From assembly GCF_000143415.4 (NCBI RefSeq), contig NW_003314309.1, forward strand, positions 1 through 64,000: a stretch of 64,000 nucleotides of DNA, written 5' to 3'. Below the pieces are notes generated by a model. The model did no database searches. It was not told the DNA's origin and saw only the letters and a list, made by a program, of their open reading frames with translations. A program made the position numbers and the translations under genes. The stretch comes from Selaginella moellendorffii (Eukaryota; Plantae; Lycopodiophyta). This document shows, piece by piece, positions 47,932 through 62,178 of the stretch. Each line of letters begins with the position of its first letter. The stretch's first letter is position 1.

Positions 47932-50314
47932 GTAACTCACTTTATAATAAGCATAAGAATCATCATCAATGATCAATATAAAGGATTCAACATCTTCAAT
48001 ATTGATCACTAACTCTTCCTCTTGTAAAGTTAGTATAGTCCACGACTGAATCACTTTTCAAGGAAAAGCTAAATCTGTTGACCCCTACTAAACAATCTCG
48101 TCTAGAACACAACTAACTCAACTTGCAACTCAGTTTATTTGAATGTCAACATAATTGCTAACTAGTAAATACATGAATGCCACTAACATAAAGCTATAGC
48201 CCAAACATCAACACTATTTACATCAAGACTAATGAAATTCAATATCAATCTTATGGAGAGATATTTCATTTTAATCAAATCTCAACAACAAGGCATCACT
48301 TCAATGCCATCAACACCATAATAAAGCAAAAAGAAAGCAAGAGCGAATCACCACTCAAAGCTCTTTAGCAACTAAGCTAAACAAAGTCAAAGATACCTTA
48401 GTTAGTATCTGAGACCAATCCTTCAACACTACTTAGTTACAAATAACACACTATCAAAGAGTGATTCACCACATCCAAGACTCCATGAAATCCAACACCA
48501 TGGACTAAATGCAAACAAATGACATCGACAAAGGTAGAATTGATATACCAACATGGAAAAACTATATAAGTTTAACGACATGATCTTCTACAACACCATC
48601 TGGTAAAGCAAGCCTATCACTGCTAAATCATCATCGAGCAAAGCAAGTGTTAAACAATCCTTAACAAAGTCTACAAGCAATGATTAGTTTCCAAACAACT
48701 AACAATCACTCTTCAACTTGCCTTCACAAGACTTGAACACTAAACTCATGCCATCAAATCATATACTTGTCTAACATAAACGTAATACCTCAAGTACGAG
48801 ATAAAGGTTTATAGACAAGCATAAATTAAATGACTACTTGAATCCAACTCAACCGCAATAAGCTCATCAATATGTTTAGATAATAGCTCTGAGCATGCCT
48901 TAAAGAGGCTAGCTATGCATGATCAACACTTAGTCGTAACTAAAGTGAAAATCATGAGATGAACTCATATCAGTACACAACCTCCTCATATACAAAGTTA
49001 TAGTATGGGTACCAACATTTTAACCTCAGACAACTAAGTTGAACATCACCATCCTCAACCAAGGCACAAGGCCACCAAAACTAAGTTAAGATTAGTGAGA
49101 GCTCACTACTCTCATACAGTTTAACAAAATGCAAAGTGAACCTACCACCAAGCACAATGCTACAGAAAAAAGGCACAAGAGTCACATTTCTAGAAAATTG
49201 TAATGACTACTTTTTTACATCAACTCCAGACTCTATCCAACTCAATTGTTTTAGCCTCAAAAGTTAACATCCCTTTTGGGCCATATTATACAAACTACTT
49301 ACTAATGTTTAAGCTAACCAAAATCAACTTCAACCCCTTCACTAGTTTGGATTGGTTTACGAAAATAGATTAATTTTTTAGCAAAGTGATCAATAGATCA
49401 ACCATTGAAAAAGCCTAAAAAAATTTGTAAAAAATTTTCCATCCTAGAGAAAGAATAACTCTCAGTCTAGGAATGCAAACTTTCAAGACTCAACCAACTT
49501 CCTCCTACTAACAACTTCACATATGTTCACCTCAACACTAATTCTCATAACTCAACAGTATATTTAAGCATCAAACATCATGCCCATATTTCGACATCCA
49601 ACATAGACATCTGCAAAAATGCATAATGAACATTTAAGGCTTGATCATGAAGACCATATCTTCAGATATCCATATTGCACTAACACTATTCTTCAATTAC
49701 CTTCAATATTTAATATGAAGCCAAAACACTAACAAGAAAAATGACATGGAAAATCAAGTTCTAAAGAAAATTCCTCATCACTTGAAACAACAATGCTACT
49801 TCCTTAACGCAAGTGCTAACAATGTCAATGCTTCAACTACACACCTTCTCCATCCATAACATAACACACCTTAGCATAATGGATCATCATCTAGAATCTA
49901 GTCAAAGCTATTATATATAAGTAGACTAGTTTTTCCATCAACCACTTTGGGGTTTATCATCATTTACAACTTCATAAACACATTGCACACTATCACATGG
50001 ATATGATATAAATTCACAATAACTTAATCATTAATTGAGCAACACCACAAGCAATACCCATGTCACTACTACAAAGTTTATGTGAGTATCAAGTATTAAC
50101 TCAATTCGACAAAATGCAACATAAATGCCACACCCCACCGATAGAGATTTACAACACCCAATATCACTAACTTATGTTCACAACATAGACAAACTCATAC
50201 CACTTTTTTTTTTACTAAACTCAAAACTAATTTAACACCAAGCTACTCAAGGAGCAATAACAAGGTTCTCCAGAAAAGATTTGAGCATTATAACCCAAGT
50301 CTTCTAATAGTAAG

Positions 50315-53300
50315 TGTAGCGCACGTGGTTTTTACTCTTTATCCTATGGTGATTTACCATAGGATAACACCACGAAGCGGAACCTAAACCCTCTTAGTGC
50401 CACGTGACAGATGCCACGTGTCACATGCCACGTGTCCATGCCACGTGTCCACAGGAACCCAAGGTTCAGGGCCTTGGGCCACTGAACGAAGGAACGGTGC
50501 CAAACTCCCAAGCATGGAGCCAAGGAGTGTCGGAACCGAACCACGGAGCAACTCCCGAGCATAAAGCCCAAGGAGCGAAGGAACAGGAGCCCGGAGCGAC
50601 TTGGAACAGTCCTAGAGTAACCAGCATCCCAATGCTAGGACCAGCACGCAAAACGGAGCCAAACGGAGTCTGGCGCTATTTCGGCATACCGGTGGCCTAA
50701 CGCGAGGACATGGGTACTCCACCAACTAGCATGGAATGGAACTTGGGCTTAGACCCAAGCCGGACGCAGAACAAGGACAGGCACGCAAGCGGGAGCTAGA
50801 CTATGCCTCAGGTTGGTCGGCCATGCCCGACCTACCCACTATCCCTACTATACATTTGGAACCCCCCATAGCCCCCCCCCCCCTTGAGGAACACACGCTT
50901 TGGGCTTTCACCCCAAGCCTCCCTTAGTATCAGGAGTTAGTCTCTGGGACAAGCTCGAAACTTACTAAATATGGAATGTCCCTAGATTGCGAATTTGGAC
51001 ATGGGACGAACACCATTGTGTTCAGGCTGATCTCTACATTCCGTAGATATGCCAAATGAGCAAATCTGGACACTTTCCATAAATAGCATTTGGGACCGAA
51101 ATGAGACTAACCCAAAGGGCATGATAGCGAGGGTGTTTGGCAGACACGGTAAGCTATCATCCGGCGATATTGAGGGACCAATCTCAATACGCGAGGGTTC
51201 TTGTCACTAGCCAGTGCAAGACAAAACGAGACGGGAACTCCTTACCGGGCTAAGTATGCTTAGCTAATAACACGTAGGAATTCCGTCCTTATGCTCGTCC
51301 GGTCTAAGTACACTCGAAATGCCCAGTTAACTCCACTAGCACAAGAGGGACTGATAAAGGGTCCAGCAATACCGACCTCCTGCCATCGTGGCAGTAAGGT
51401 AAGAGTGTCCGTAAGGACTAGCCAACAGGTAACTTTCGATACCTGAAGTCACATTCGCGACACTCTCCCCCCCTTGGGAAGATCGACGTCCTCGTCGATG
51501 CATACTCGAGTCTAGAATACCGCCAAGGAAACAACTCCAGGAAAAGTTCACGGTACTCACACTATGTGAGAAATGCACCAACTTAAATGAGTTAGGGGGC
51601 AACCTCTTTGTCTAACGCGGATGCGCTACCAGCTCAGACACCTTCCGGCCGTCGCCGACAAGGAAATGACCAACGGAGTCAGCCACCCTTGCTGCTCTGG
51701 GAGTCACCCAGCTTACAAAAGTGTGATATGCCCCTGCCCGCAGGAACATAGAGAGAGAAGCCAGAGGCCCCAACCCTCCTAAGCAAAGAAACCAAACCCG
51801 TCGGTAAGGTTTAGATAGACTACTGTAAACAGGCAGTTAGAGTTGTTTACACGGTCACGCCCTTTCAACGGAACAAGGAACATCGACAGAGAGGCGGGTT
51901 ATGTGACCAGTCTACAGTAGCTACCCCATGACTAAAGATTTCAACATGCACACGAAGTGCCGAAGCCAGTCTGCCTATACTGGCCCAAACTCAAAGATCA
52001 ATAGATGGACAATATCAAAGTCATAGACAATGATATCTTAGAGACTTAATTATCAGTGAGTATATCTTAGATTAGAACACAAAAGTATTCCAAGTAAGTT
52101 ATCATCCGATAAACTAGTAGTATAGTACAAGAACCACCAAGATCATCAAAATTGGTACATAGGATTCACCATCAAACAAAATTCAATAGCAAGTATATCA
52201 TCAAGTAAACTTAACGATAAAGTTTAACTATTAAAGATTGTAGATAGAATGCCAAACAACTTACAAAAGAGAACTCAAAGAACACCAAGTATCATTGACA
52301 AGCAAGCAAAATGCTCGCGAATGTATCACTTAGAGGAAATAACATTCCAATCTATCAGAACAAACTCAAGCAATAATCAACAGAATAGAATGAATGTGGT
52401 AAGACCAACAAACACTCATTCCTGCCAACTATCATAAAAGCTAATCCGAATAGATCCCAGCCAACAATACCAAGGAACCAGAGTTGCTCAAGCAAGTGTC
52501 AGCAACATCCTATTGATATGTCAAACCCAAGAGACCAATCCAGAGCAAATCACAAAGAACATGTGATATCGCGAAAAGCCACAAGCCATCAAAGAGAACA
52601 ACTAACCACCATAAAAGATCATTAATCATCCCATCAAAAGAGAGATGCATAATCATCATTAAAGAAGGAAGCCACCATCATGAAGAATGGCAACTCATCC
52701 TATATCAACAACAATCAAGCAGCACTTTCAACAAGGACAATCAACTATCTTAGATGATAATTAATCATCACCAATGATTGCCAGATGCAAATACTAACTT
52801 CATCGAAGCTAACAAGCCAAAATGCCTTCCCCCAACAACTCCTAACAAATGGAACAATGAGCATGAAAACTCAAATAACCAAAAGCTCGAAGAAGTCTAT
52901 AGCCAAGTCTTGCCTAATAATGATCACGAGTCTCGCATGGACTAACGTCAATGCTAAAGAAGAAATCATGGTACAACCCACAATATCCTCCTCAACACAT
53001 CTATAAGCTAAACTTCATAATGCAAAGCTAATGAAGAGCATGTCTGCATCAATCCAAAAGTTAAGCATAACAAAGCTATGCTCAACAAGTGATCATCAAA
53101 CGATCCTCCATGAATCCATCTATAGCAAGACGTAACTCACATCATAACAAGCACAAAAAGAATCATCAATGATCGATATATTCCAACTTAAATCCAATAA
53201 AGATTCAAACCTTCCAATATCAATCACTAACTCTTCCGCTTGTAGAGTTAGTATAATCCATGACTAAATCATTTTTCAAGGAAAAGCCAAAGCTTAACCC

Positions 53301-56300
53301 CTACTAAATAATCTCGTCTAGAACACAACTAACTCAAACTTGCCACTCAGCTCGTTTGAATGCTAACATAGTTGCTAACTAGCAAATGTACGAATGCCAA
53401 TAACACAAAGCCATAGCCAAATCATCAACACTATCTTCATTGAGACTAATGACACTCAATATCAATCCTATGGAGAGATATCTCATTTCACTTGAATATC
53501 AACTTCAACAATGTCAATGAAAAGGCATCGCTTCAATGCCATCAACACTAGAACAAAGCTAAAAGAAAGCACAAGTGTATCACCACTCAAAGCTCTCTAA
53601 CAACCAAGCTAACCAAGGTCGAAGATACTTTAGTTAGTATCCGAGACCAATCCTTTAGCAAAACTCAGTTATAGATAACACTTCTTCAAGGAGTGAATCA
53701 CCACGTCCAAGACTCAATGAAATCCAACACTATGAACTAAACGCAACCAAATGATATCAACAGAGGTAGAGTCGATATGCCAACATGGAAAACCCATGTA
53801 AGTCTAACGACACGATCCTCCGCAACCCCATTCGGTAAAGCAAGCCCATCACTGCTAAATCTTTATCGAGTGAAGCAAGTATCAATAGTCTTTTGACAAA
53901 GTCTACAAGTAATCACTAGTCGCCAAGCAACTAACAATCACCCTTCAACTTGCCTTCACAAGACCCGATCACCAACTCATGTCATCGAGTCACATACTTG
54001 TCCAACACGAACATAATACCCCAAGTATGAGATAAAAGTTCATAGACAAACACAAACTAAATGACCACTCGAATCCAACTCAACCGCGATAAGCTCACCA
54101 ATGCATTTAGCCACTAGCTCTGAGCATGCCTTGAAGAGGCTAGCTATGCATGACCAACACTTAGCCGAAACTAAAGCGAAGACCATAAGATGGATCCATA
54201 TCGGTACACAACCTCCTTATAGACAAAGCTATAGTACGGGTACCAACATCTCAAACTCAACCAACTAAGTTGAACATCACCATCCTCAGCCAAGGCGCAG
54301 GGCCACCAAGACCAAGTCAAGATCAGTGAGAGCTCACTACTCTCATAGAGTCAAACAAAATGCAAAGTGCAACCTGCCACCAAGCATAATGCTACAAAAG
54401 AAAGGCACAAGGGTCACCTTTCTAGAAAAGTGCAACGGCCACTTTTCTACACTAACTCCAGACTCTATCCAACTCAATTGCCTTAGCCCCAAAAGTCAAC
54501 ATCCCTTTCGGGCTGCATCATACAAACTACCTACTAAGATCTAAGCCAACCGAAGTCAACTCCAACCCCTTCACTAGTTTGTATTGGCTTTCGAAAACGG
54601 AATGGTTTTCGAGCAAAGTGATAACAGATCAGCCATTGGAAAAGTCTAAGAAAATTTATGGAAAATTTTCCATCCTAGAGAAAGAATAACTCTTAGTCCA
54701 GAAATACAAACTTTCAAGACTCAACCAACTTCCTCCTACCAACAACTTCACATAAGTTCACCTCAACACAAATTCTCAAGACCCATAGTATGCTTAAGCC
54801 TCGAACATCTTTCTGCCCATTTTTCCGATATCCAACACCGACATCCGCAAAATGCAAAGTGAACATCCAAGGCTTGATCACGAAGACCACATCTTCGGAT
54901 ATCTACATTGCACTAACACTCTTCTTCAGCCACCTTCAAGATCCAATGTGAAGCTAAAACACTAACAAGAAAAATGACATAGAAAATCAAGGTCTAAGGA
55001 AAATTCCTCATCACTCGAACAACAATGCCACTTCCACTAACATAAGTGCTAGTGATGTCAATGCCTCAACTACACACCTTTTCCATCCAACAATCTACTC
55101 CAAGTGTTAACGGATAAACCAACAAGCTATAGCAAGTGAATGCTATAACCCTTTTCAACACCTTATGGGCAAACCCTCAAGAAAACAAGGTACCAACTTA
55201 AGCTTAGCATAATGGACCACCATTAAGAATCCAGTCAAAGCTACTACAATGCTACTTTGTGCAAGTAAACTTAGCTTCGCCATCAACAACTTTAGGGTTG
55301 ATCATCGTTTAACCAAGCAACTTCGTAAACACATTGCTCATTATCACATGGATATGATATAGAAATCACAATGACTTGATCATCAATTGAGCAACACCAC
55401 GAGCAATGCCAATGTTATTACTTCAAAGGTTTATGTGAGTATCAAGTGCTAACTCAATTCGACAAAATGCAACATAAATGCCACACTCCACCGATAGAGA
55501 CTTACAACACCCAACATCACTAACTTTTGTTCACTACATGGACAAGCTTATGCCACTCTCTTTCCGACCAAACTCAAAACTTAATCCAACACCAAGCTAC
55601 TCAAGGAGCAATAGCAAGGTTCCTCAGAAAAGAATTGAGCATTGCAACCCAAGTCTTTCAATAGCAAGCCTAGACAAAATGGTTTAGCGCTTCACCGCTA
55701 TCCATCCCACAACTCACCATTGTAAGACCACCATCTCCAACATGCATCAAGATAGGGTCTCTTGATTGCATGATGTGAACACGAGCAATGAGTTAACACC
55801 TCGTTGCAAATCATCTCTCCAAGAAGAGAAAATGATTTACGTATTTGATCCTTCGTCCCTGACGACTCTCTTTTCGGTCTCATCTTTGACTTAACCTCAA
55901 GCTCGCTTTCGCACAACCTTCAGTCCAATCCAAGAAAAGTTTATGAGAGAGCACGGCAATGAGTACTTGAACCAATAGACTAATCCCTACAGTCTTGATT
56001 AATCCACTTGTAACCATGCCTAAGAAGGATCCACTAGTGCCGTGCTAAACAGCTACGGACCAGCCTATTTGCCACTCATAGCAAACTCAGGGAGGTTTGC
56101 TTTTACCCACGGTACAAGGAACAACTCATGGAACCATCGATAGGCTAACATTAATCCTGCCAACTCAAAGCATATCCTCGAGTTGCTAATGCGCCTCACT
56201 CACGAGCCCAAGCGCAAACTCGTGCAAATTGGAACAACTTATTCCCACTTATGAGCCCAAGCTCAAGCTCACATCATAAGGTACAACAAGGTAACCAATC

Positions 56301-57590
56301 CATACCCAAGGAATGAATGCAAACCCATTGCACCAAACGTGTACCCACTCGGATCATCGTTTTCATCTCTGCGTATGCAACGAGACTAGTTGCCCAATCT
56401 CATTGAATAGTACTCGCTGAGACTCGAGCCCTCTGATACCAAATGTAGCGCACGTGGTTTTTACTCTTTATCCTATGGTGATTTACCATAGGATAACACC
56501 ACGAAGCGGAACCTAAACCCTCTTAGTGCCACGTGACAGATGCCACGTGTCACATGCCACGTGTCCATGCCACGTGTCCACAGGAACCCAAGGTTCAGGG
56601 CCTTGGGCCACTGAACGAAGGAACGGTGCCAAACTCCCAAGCATGGAGCCAAGGAGTGTCGGAACCGAACCACGGAGCAACTCCCGAGCATAAAGCCCAA
56701 GGAGCGAAGGAACAGGAGCCCGGAGCGACTTGGAACAGTCCTAGAGTAACCAGCATCCCAATGCTAGGACCAGCACGCAAAACGGAGCCAAACGGAGTCT
56801 GGCGCTATTTCGGCATACCGGTGGCCTAACGCGAGGACATGGGTACTCCACCAACTAGCATGGAATGGAACTTGGGCTTAGACCCAAGCCGGACGCAGAA
56901 CAAGGACAGACACGCAAGCGGGAGCTAGACTATGCCTCAGGTTGGTCGGCCATGCCCGACCTACCCACTATCCCTACTATACATTTGGAACCCCCCATAG
57001 CCCCCCCCCCCTTGAGGAACACACGCTTTGGGCTTTCACCCCAAGCCTCCCTTAGTATCAGGAGTTAGTCTCTGGGACAAGCTCGAAACTTACTAAATAT
57101 GGAATGTTCCTAGATTGCGAATTTGGACACGGGACGAACACCATTGTGTTCAAGCTGATCTCTACATTCCGTAGATATGCCAAATGAGCAAATCTGGACA
57201 CTTTCCATAAATAGCATTTGGGACCGAAATGAGACTAACCCAAAGGGCATGATAGCGAGGGTGTTTGGCAGACACGGTAAGCTATCATCCGGCGATATTG
57301 AGGGACCAATCTCAATACGCGAGGGTTCTTGTCACTAGCCAGTGCAAGACAAAACGAGACGGGAACTCCTTACCGGGCTAAGTATGCTTAGCTAATAACA
57401 CGTAGGAATTCCGTCCTTATGCTCGTCCGGTCTAAGTACACTCGAAATGCCCAGTTAACTCCACTAGCACAAGAGGGACTGATAAAGGGTCCAGCAATAC
57501 CGACCTCCTGCCATCGTGGCAGTAAGGTAAGAGTGTCCGTAAGGACTAGCCAACAGGTAACTTTCGATACCTGAAGTCACATTCGCGACA
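50315..57590 (-). mobile_element. Young non-autonomous LTR retrotransposon (LARD-like), 7276 bp, TSD GTAAG
   Basis: LTRs 50315-51462 and 56444-57590 are nearly identical, TG..CA, Met-i PBS TGGTATCAGAG, PPT at 51463-51475, exact TSD; no ORF over ~90 aa in the 4981-bp interior. Confidence 0.95.
50398..50450. promoter_or_regulatory. Four tandem G-box/ABRE-like motifs (GCCACGTG) in the LTR; repeated at ~56527-56579
   Basis: GCCACGTGAC plus three GCCACGTGTC at 11-14-bp spacing; function not demonstrated. Confidence 0.55.
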
Positions 57591-59356
57591 GTAAGTCAAG
57601 TTAAAATGGTTTAACATTTCACGATTATCCATCTTTAACCAAACCTCAAACTTGCGTTCGCACTGCCTTCAGTCCAATCCAAGAAAATTTTATAAGAGAG
57701 CACGGCAATGATTATTTGAACCAATAGACTTATCCCTATAGTCTTGATTGATCCACTTATAATTATGCCTAGGAATGATCCACTAGTGTCGTGCTAAACA
57801 ACTATAGGCCAACCTATTTACCACTCTTAGAAAACTCAAGGAAGGTTTACTTTTTCCCATGGTACATAGAACAACTCATGGAACCATTGGAATAACTTAT
57901 GGAACCATTGTTAGGCTAATATTAATCCTATTAACTCAAAGTGTAACCTCGAGTTGCTAATGTGCTTCACTCACGAGCCTAAGCACAAACTTGTGTATAA
58001 TGGTACATCTCAATCCTCTTAGGAGCCCAAGAGCAAACTCATATAATAAGGTACAAAAAAGCAACCAAATCCATACCATATTTGGGAGTTTGGCACCATT
58101 CCTTGATTCAGTGGCCCAAGGCCTTGAAACTCAAGCTCCACTCCACTATCTTTTGGACACGTGGCATATGACACATGGTATATGGAGGGTTTAGGTTCCG
58201 CTTCATGGTTATCCTATGGTAAATCACCATAGGATAAAGGGTGAAAACCACATGCGCTACAATTAGTATCAGAGGATGAGTCTTAGCAAGTACTATCCAA
58301 TGAGATTGGGCAACTAATTTCGTTGAATATGTAGAGATGAAAATGATGATCCGAGTGGGTATATGTTTGGGTGCAAAGGCTTCACATTTGTTTCTTGGGA
58401 ACCAAGGAGTAATAGCACTAGAGTATGGAATGAATCCCAAGCGTATAGCCCAAAGAGTGAAAAGATAGAAGCACGAAGCAATTTAGAATAGTTATAGAGC
58501 ATCTAACATCCCAATGCCAGAACCAACACGTAAAATGGTGCCAAATGGAATCTAGCGTTATTTCAGCATATCGGTGGCCTAACATGAGGATATGAGTACT
58601 CCACCAACTAGCATGGTGTGGAACTTAGGCTTAGACCCAAGCCGGATGTAAAATAAAGATAAGCACACAAACGGGAGCTAGACTATGCCCCAAGTTGGTC
58701 AGCTATGCCCAACCTACCCACTATCCCTACTATACATTTGGAACCCCTTATATCCCACTACACCTCCTCCCCCCCTGAGGAACACATGTTTTGAGCTTTC
58801 ACCCAAGCTTCCCTTAGTATCAGGAGTTAGTTTCTGAGACAAGCTCGAAACTTACTAAATGTGGAATACCCCTAAATTATGAATTTAAACATGGGACAAA
58901 CACCATTGTGTTCAAGACAATCTCTACATTCTGTAAATATGTCAAATGAGCAAATCTAGACACTTTTCATAAATAACATTTGGGACTAAAATGAGATTAA
59001 TACAAAGAGCATGATAGCGAGGGTATTTGGCAAACACAGTAAGCTATCGTTTAGTGAATATTGAGGGACGAAGCTCAATATCACAAGGGTTCTTAACACT
59101 AGCAAGTGTAAATCAACAATACGAGTTTCTCGTTACCATGTTTAGTATGCTTGATTTAATAATAACTTAGGATTTCCTTCTTTAGTGCCCTTCTGGCTTA
59201 AGTGCACATGTGCTAACTAGTTTCTCAACTAGCTTGGGTGGAGACCATAAAGGGAACCAACAGTAATAACCTTCTACTGTTATGGTAATAAGGAGAGAGT
59301 GTATGTAAGGATTAGTCGACAAGTATCTTTTGATACCCGAAGTCATATTTGCGACA

Positions 59357-62178
59357 AAAATGTGCTTGTGTTGTCATAGCTATTGTAAGTAATGTTACTT
59401 CCAATAAACACACACATATGATTAACTTTTCTTTCATAAAAAGTATCAAAGATTTATGTACTTCTTGAGCAGTTAAAAATCTAATTAAAATTAAAATTAA
59501 TTGAATTCAAAAAATTAAATCAATTAGTACCATAAAACTTCTCCAAGCAAATATATTACTTTCTAGTGTTGTGTTTCCCATTATAAAAATGGGATAAAAA
59601 TCCTAATAACTATATTAATTAACATTTTAGTAAATTTAGAAACGTACTCATAGTAAATGAAGCCAATTGTTTTCATACCTATTAAATTACCTTTCTCATC
59701 TATACAATTTGAAAATTCAGTTCCATATATTGTAAAAACTTTAAAAGCCTCTATATTATCAATAAATAATTTATTTTGATGACTTGTTAATGTCCAAGTT
59801 CTATGATCAATTTTTCCATCATGTAGCAGCCACATATTTTACTTCATTCTGTACACAAATAAGTCTTTTTTAGTACTTAATTCATCATTTTTACCAGTAA
59901 TAGTTTTATATATAATTTCAAAAACATTCTTAAATATATGCGTGTAATTCTTTAAAAATGCTATTGGCAACTTATAAAAATATGGAAGTTGATAAAATGT
60001 GGATATAACCATTTCATACCATTAGGTAATGATATTTGATCTTCTTGTCTAACCAAATAATAATATGGTACCTATTTTTTTGGATTCATTTGTCCTAGTA
60101 TTGGTCAAATATAATTATGAATATTAAATAAACTAATTAAAATTATGTTTTAGAAATAATAACTAAAATCTTACATTCTATTAGTAGACCTAAATAGATG
60201 ATCTATAGGTAAGAAACACCAATGACCAATATATATGCTTTTTTATAAACTTCTTGACTATATTCTAAGAATCTAGATCCACAATCTGGGTAAAAGTATT
60301 TTCCCATTAGTTCAAAATCTTGGAACAAAATCATAATCCAGGAAAATCATGAATAAACTATCACACTACTTCTCTAAGCTTAAAAAACTGTTGACCCTCT
60401 AGCTTAGAATTATCTTTGCATGGCACTCCATCCCATAATTGTTTTAACTCTTCCAAAAATAATAACCAATAAATATTAAGTACCTTAGGAAGTTTTGGGC
60501 CTAGAAAAATTATAGATATAAATATTTCAATTTATTTTTTTAAACTAATACCTAGTATAATCATAATAAGGAATATAAATGAAGGCTTAATTGCTAGAGC
60601 TGGTGGTATATTATTATTAACTGCAACAATTGCCTAACATGAATATATTTTTGCCATTAATTTTGTTGGAGAAAGATCATCTTCAGCCATACTAAGATGT
60701 ATATTTCTTGGATCTACTACAAAATCTGGATAATCATCTTCGAATTTTTTTTTAAGTTGACCCATCTGCAGGCATTCTCATTATTCCATTAGTGGATTGA
60801 TGATAAAATGATAAGTTATATATTGTGTTATTTCTCTATATTGAAATTATTGTTGAAGTCAAGGTATAATAAAGAAATAATGCATTATTTTCTCAGGTAT
60901 ATAATTATTAAAATCTTTGTGCTTGCTAGCATTAGAAATTCTATAAAATTGAAGGTCTTTATTCTCCTTATGAAATAACATACAATCATTCTTCCTTTTT
61001 TCTTCCAAAAGGTACTCCAACACTAGAGCATACAGTCAATCCAAGCTTGCGAACATCTTCCATGCCAAAGAACTGGCAATGAGATTCAAGGTATTCATCT
61101 AATGCTTTGAAATCTCTCCCACCTTTCTCTTTTGTCAATGCTTTCTCTTTTGCTGATTAGGCTGAAGGAGTTGACATCACAGCCAACGCTGTTCATCCAG
61201 AGTTTATAATGACACCTTTGATGCGGTACACATCCTACATAATGAGTTTGTCTCTTTGCCTCATTTGTTTTCGGTTACTTATGGAACTTTGATCTTCATG
61301 CAGGGGTTCTCAAGTTCCTCTCCAGCTTCCTTTGGAAAAATGTCCCATAGGTAAGAAAAATTCTCTCAATTATCTGGAAGTTTCTTATGACTAATACGTG
61401 ATCGATCTCTCAGGGCGCCGCTACGACGTGCTACGCAGCTTTACATCCAAGCCTCAAGGATGTCACCGGGCAATACTTCGTGGATTCCAACAAATCCAAC
61501 TGTAGCGCTTATGGCAGAGATCCCGAGCTCACTCACAAGCTATGGACCTTCTCCCAGGAGCTTATAGACAAGCATTCTCCATCCTAAAGGTAAAAGGTTG
61601 ATAGTGCTAGAGAGCGAGTGAGCAAACAAGGACAACTCAGCTGTTTACCATAAAGACGAATATGATTTATAATAATTTGTATAAGGTAAATATAATTACT
61701 TCTACACCTTAAACACCAACATGCAACTCTCATTCCTAAATCCTAAACAAAAAACTTAATACAGATCTGAGGAAAAAAACAAATTAGGAAATTATGTGTT
61801 AAAAGTGGGTACATTATACTACTATTAGTAAGTTAGTTGATGTAAATATTGTTGAAATTTATGACTAAAAATTTTGGAACTACAAACCTTAAGAACTTAC
61901 ATTTTAGTCACAGTTTAAAAGTTGTAAATTGCAACTCTAATTAGCAGCCTATATGAACTTATCTAGCTTTAAAGAACAAATTATGATTTATATTTTAGTT
62001 GTAAAGGACAACTATAATTTCCAACTTAAATTTGAGTAACTATAAAGCTATCTTAAAATTTGTAACTAAAGCCAATTTGCTACATTTAAGTTGAGTTGAA
62101 AATTAAAACTTAGATTTCGAACAAACACAAAAATTTCGTTGGAAAAACATATCATTATAATGCTTTTATGTAGTAGTG
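59357..62178 (-). mobile_element. Decayed CACTA element with intact terminus and captured gene fragment
   Basis: Colinear with ~16445-18684; ends TAGTAGTG (reverse complement CACTACTA) at 62171-62178. Confidence 0.8.
60991..61641 (+). pseudogene. Captured 3' half of a short-chain dehydrogenase (Tic32/retinol-dehydrogenase-like) gene, four exons
   Basis: AYSQSKLANIFHAKELA / ITANAVHP / WKNVP* / GAATTCYAALHP..GQYF..KLWTFSQEL with three GT-AG introns; premature TAG 61348-61350; stop 61585-61587. Confidence 0.88.

Larger units (their letters stand above)
42010..59356 (-). mobile_element. Older copy of the non-coding LTR family, split by two nested insertions (pieces ~42010-42553, 47932-50314, 57591-59356)
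   Basis: Pieces align in order with 52040-57590; the 5' LTR ends gcgaca at 59356; the 3' LTR is missing. Confidence 0.8.

Noticed and set aside
50063-50075. CACTACTAC as the partner CACTA terminus
   Set aside because: It lies inside the old retroelement interior; the younger homologue near 55413 lacks the motif and the flanks are continuous.
50344-50927. Duplicated short ORFs at 50.3-50.9 kb and 56.5-57.1 kb as conserved small genes
   Set aside because: They are identical only because they lie in the two young LTRs.
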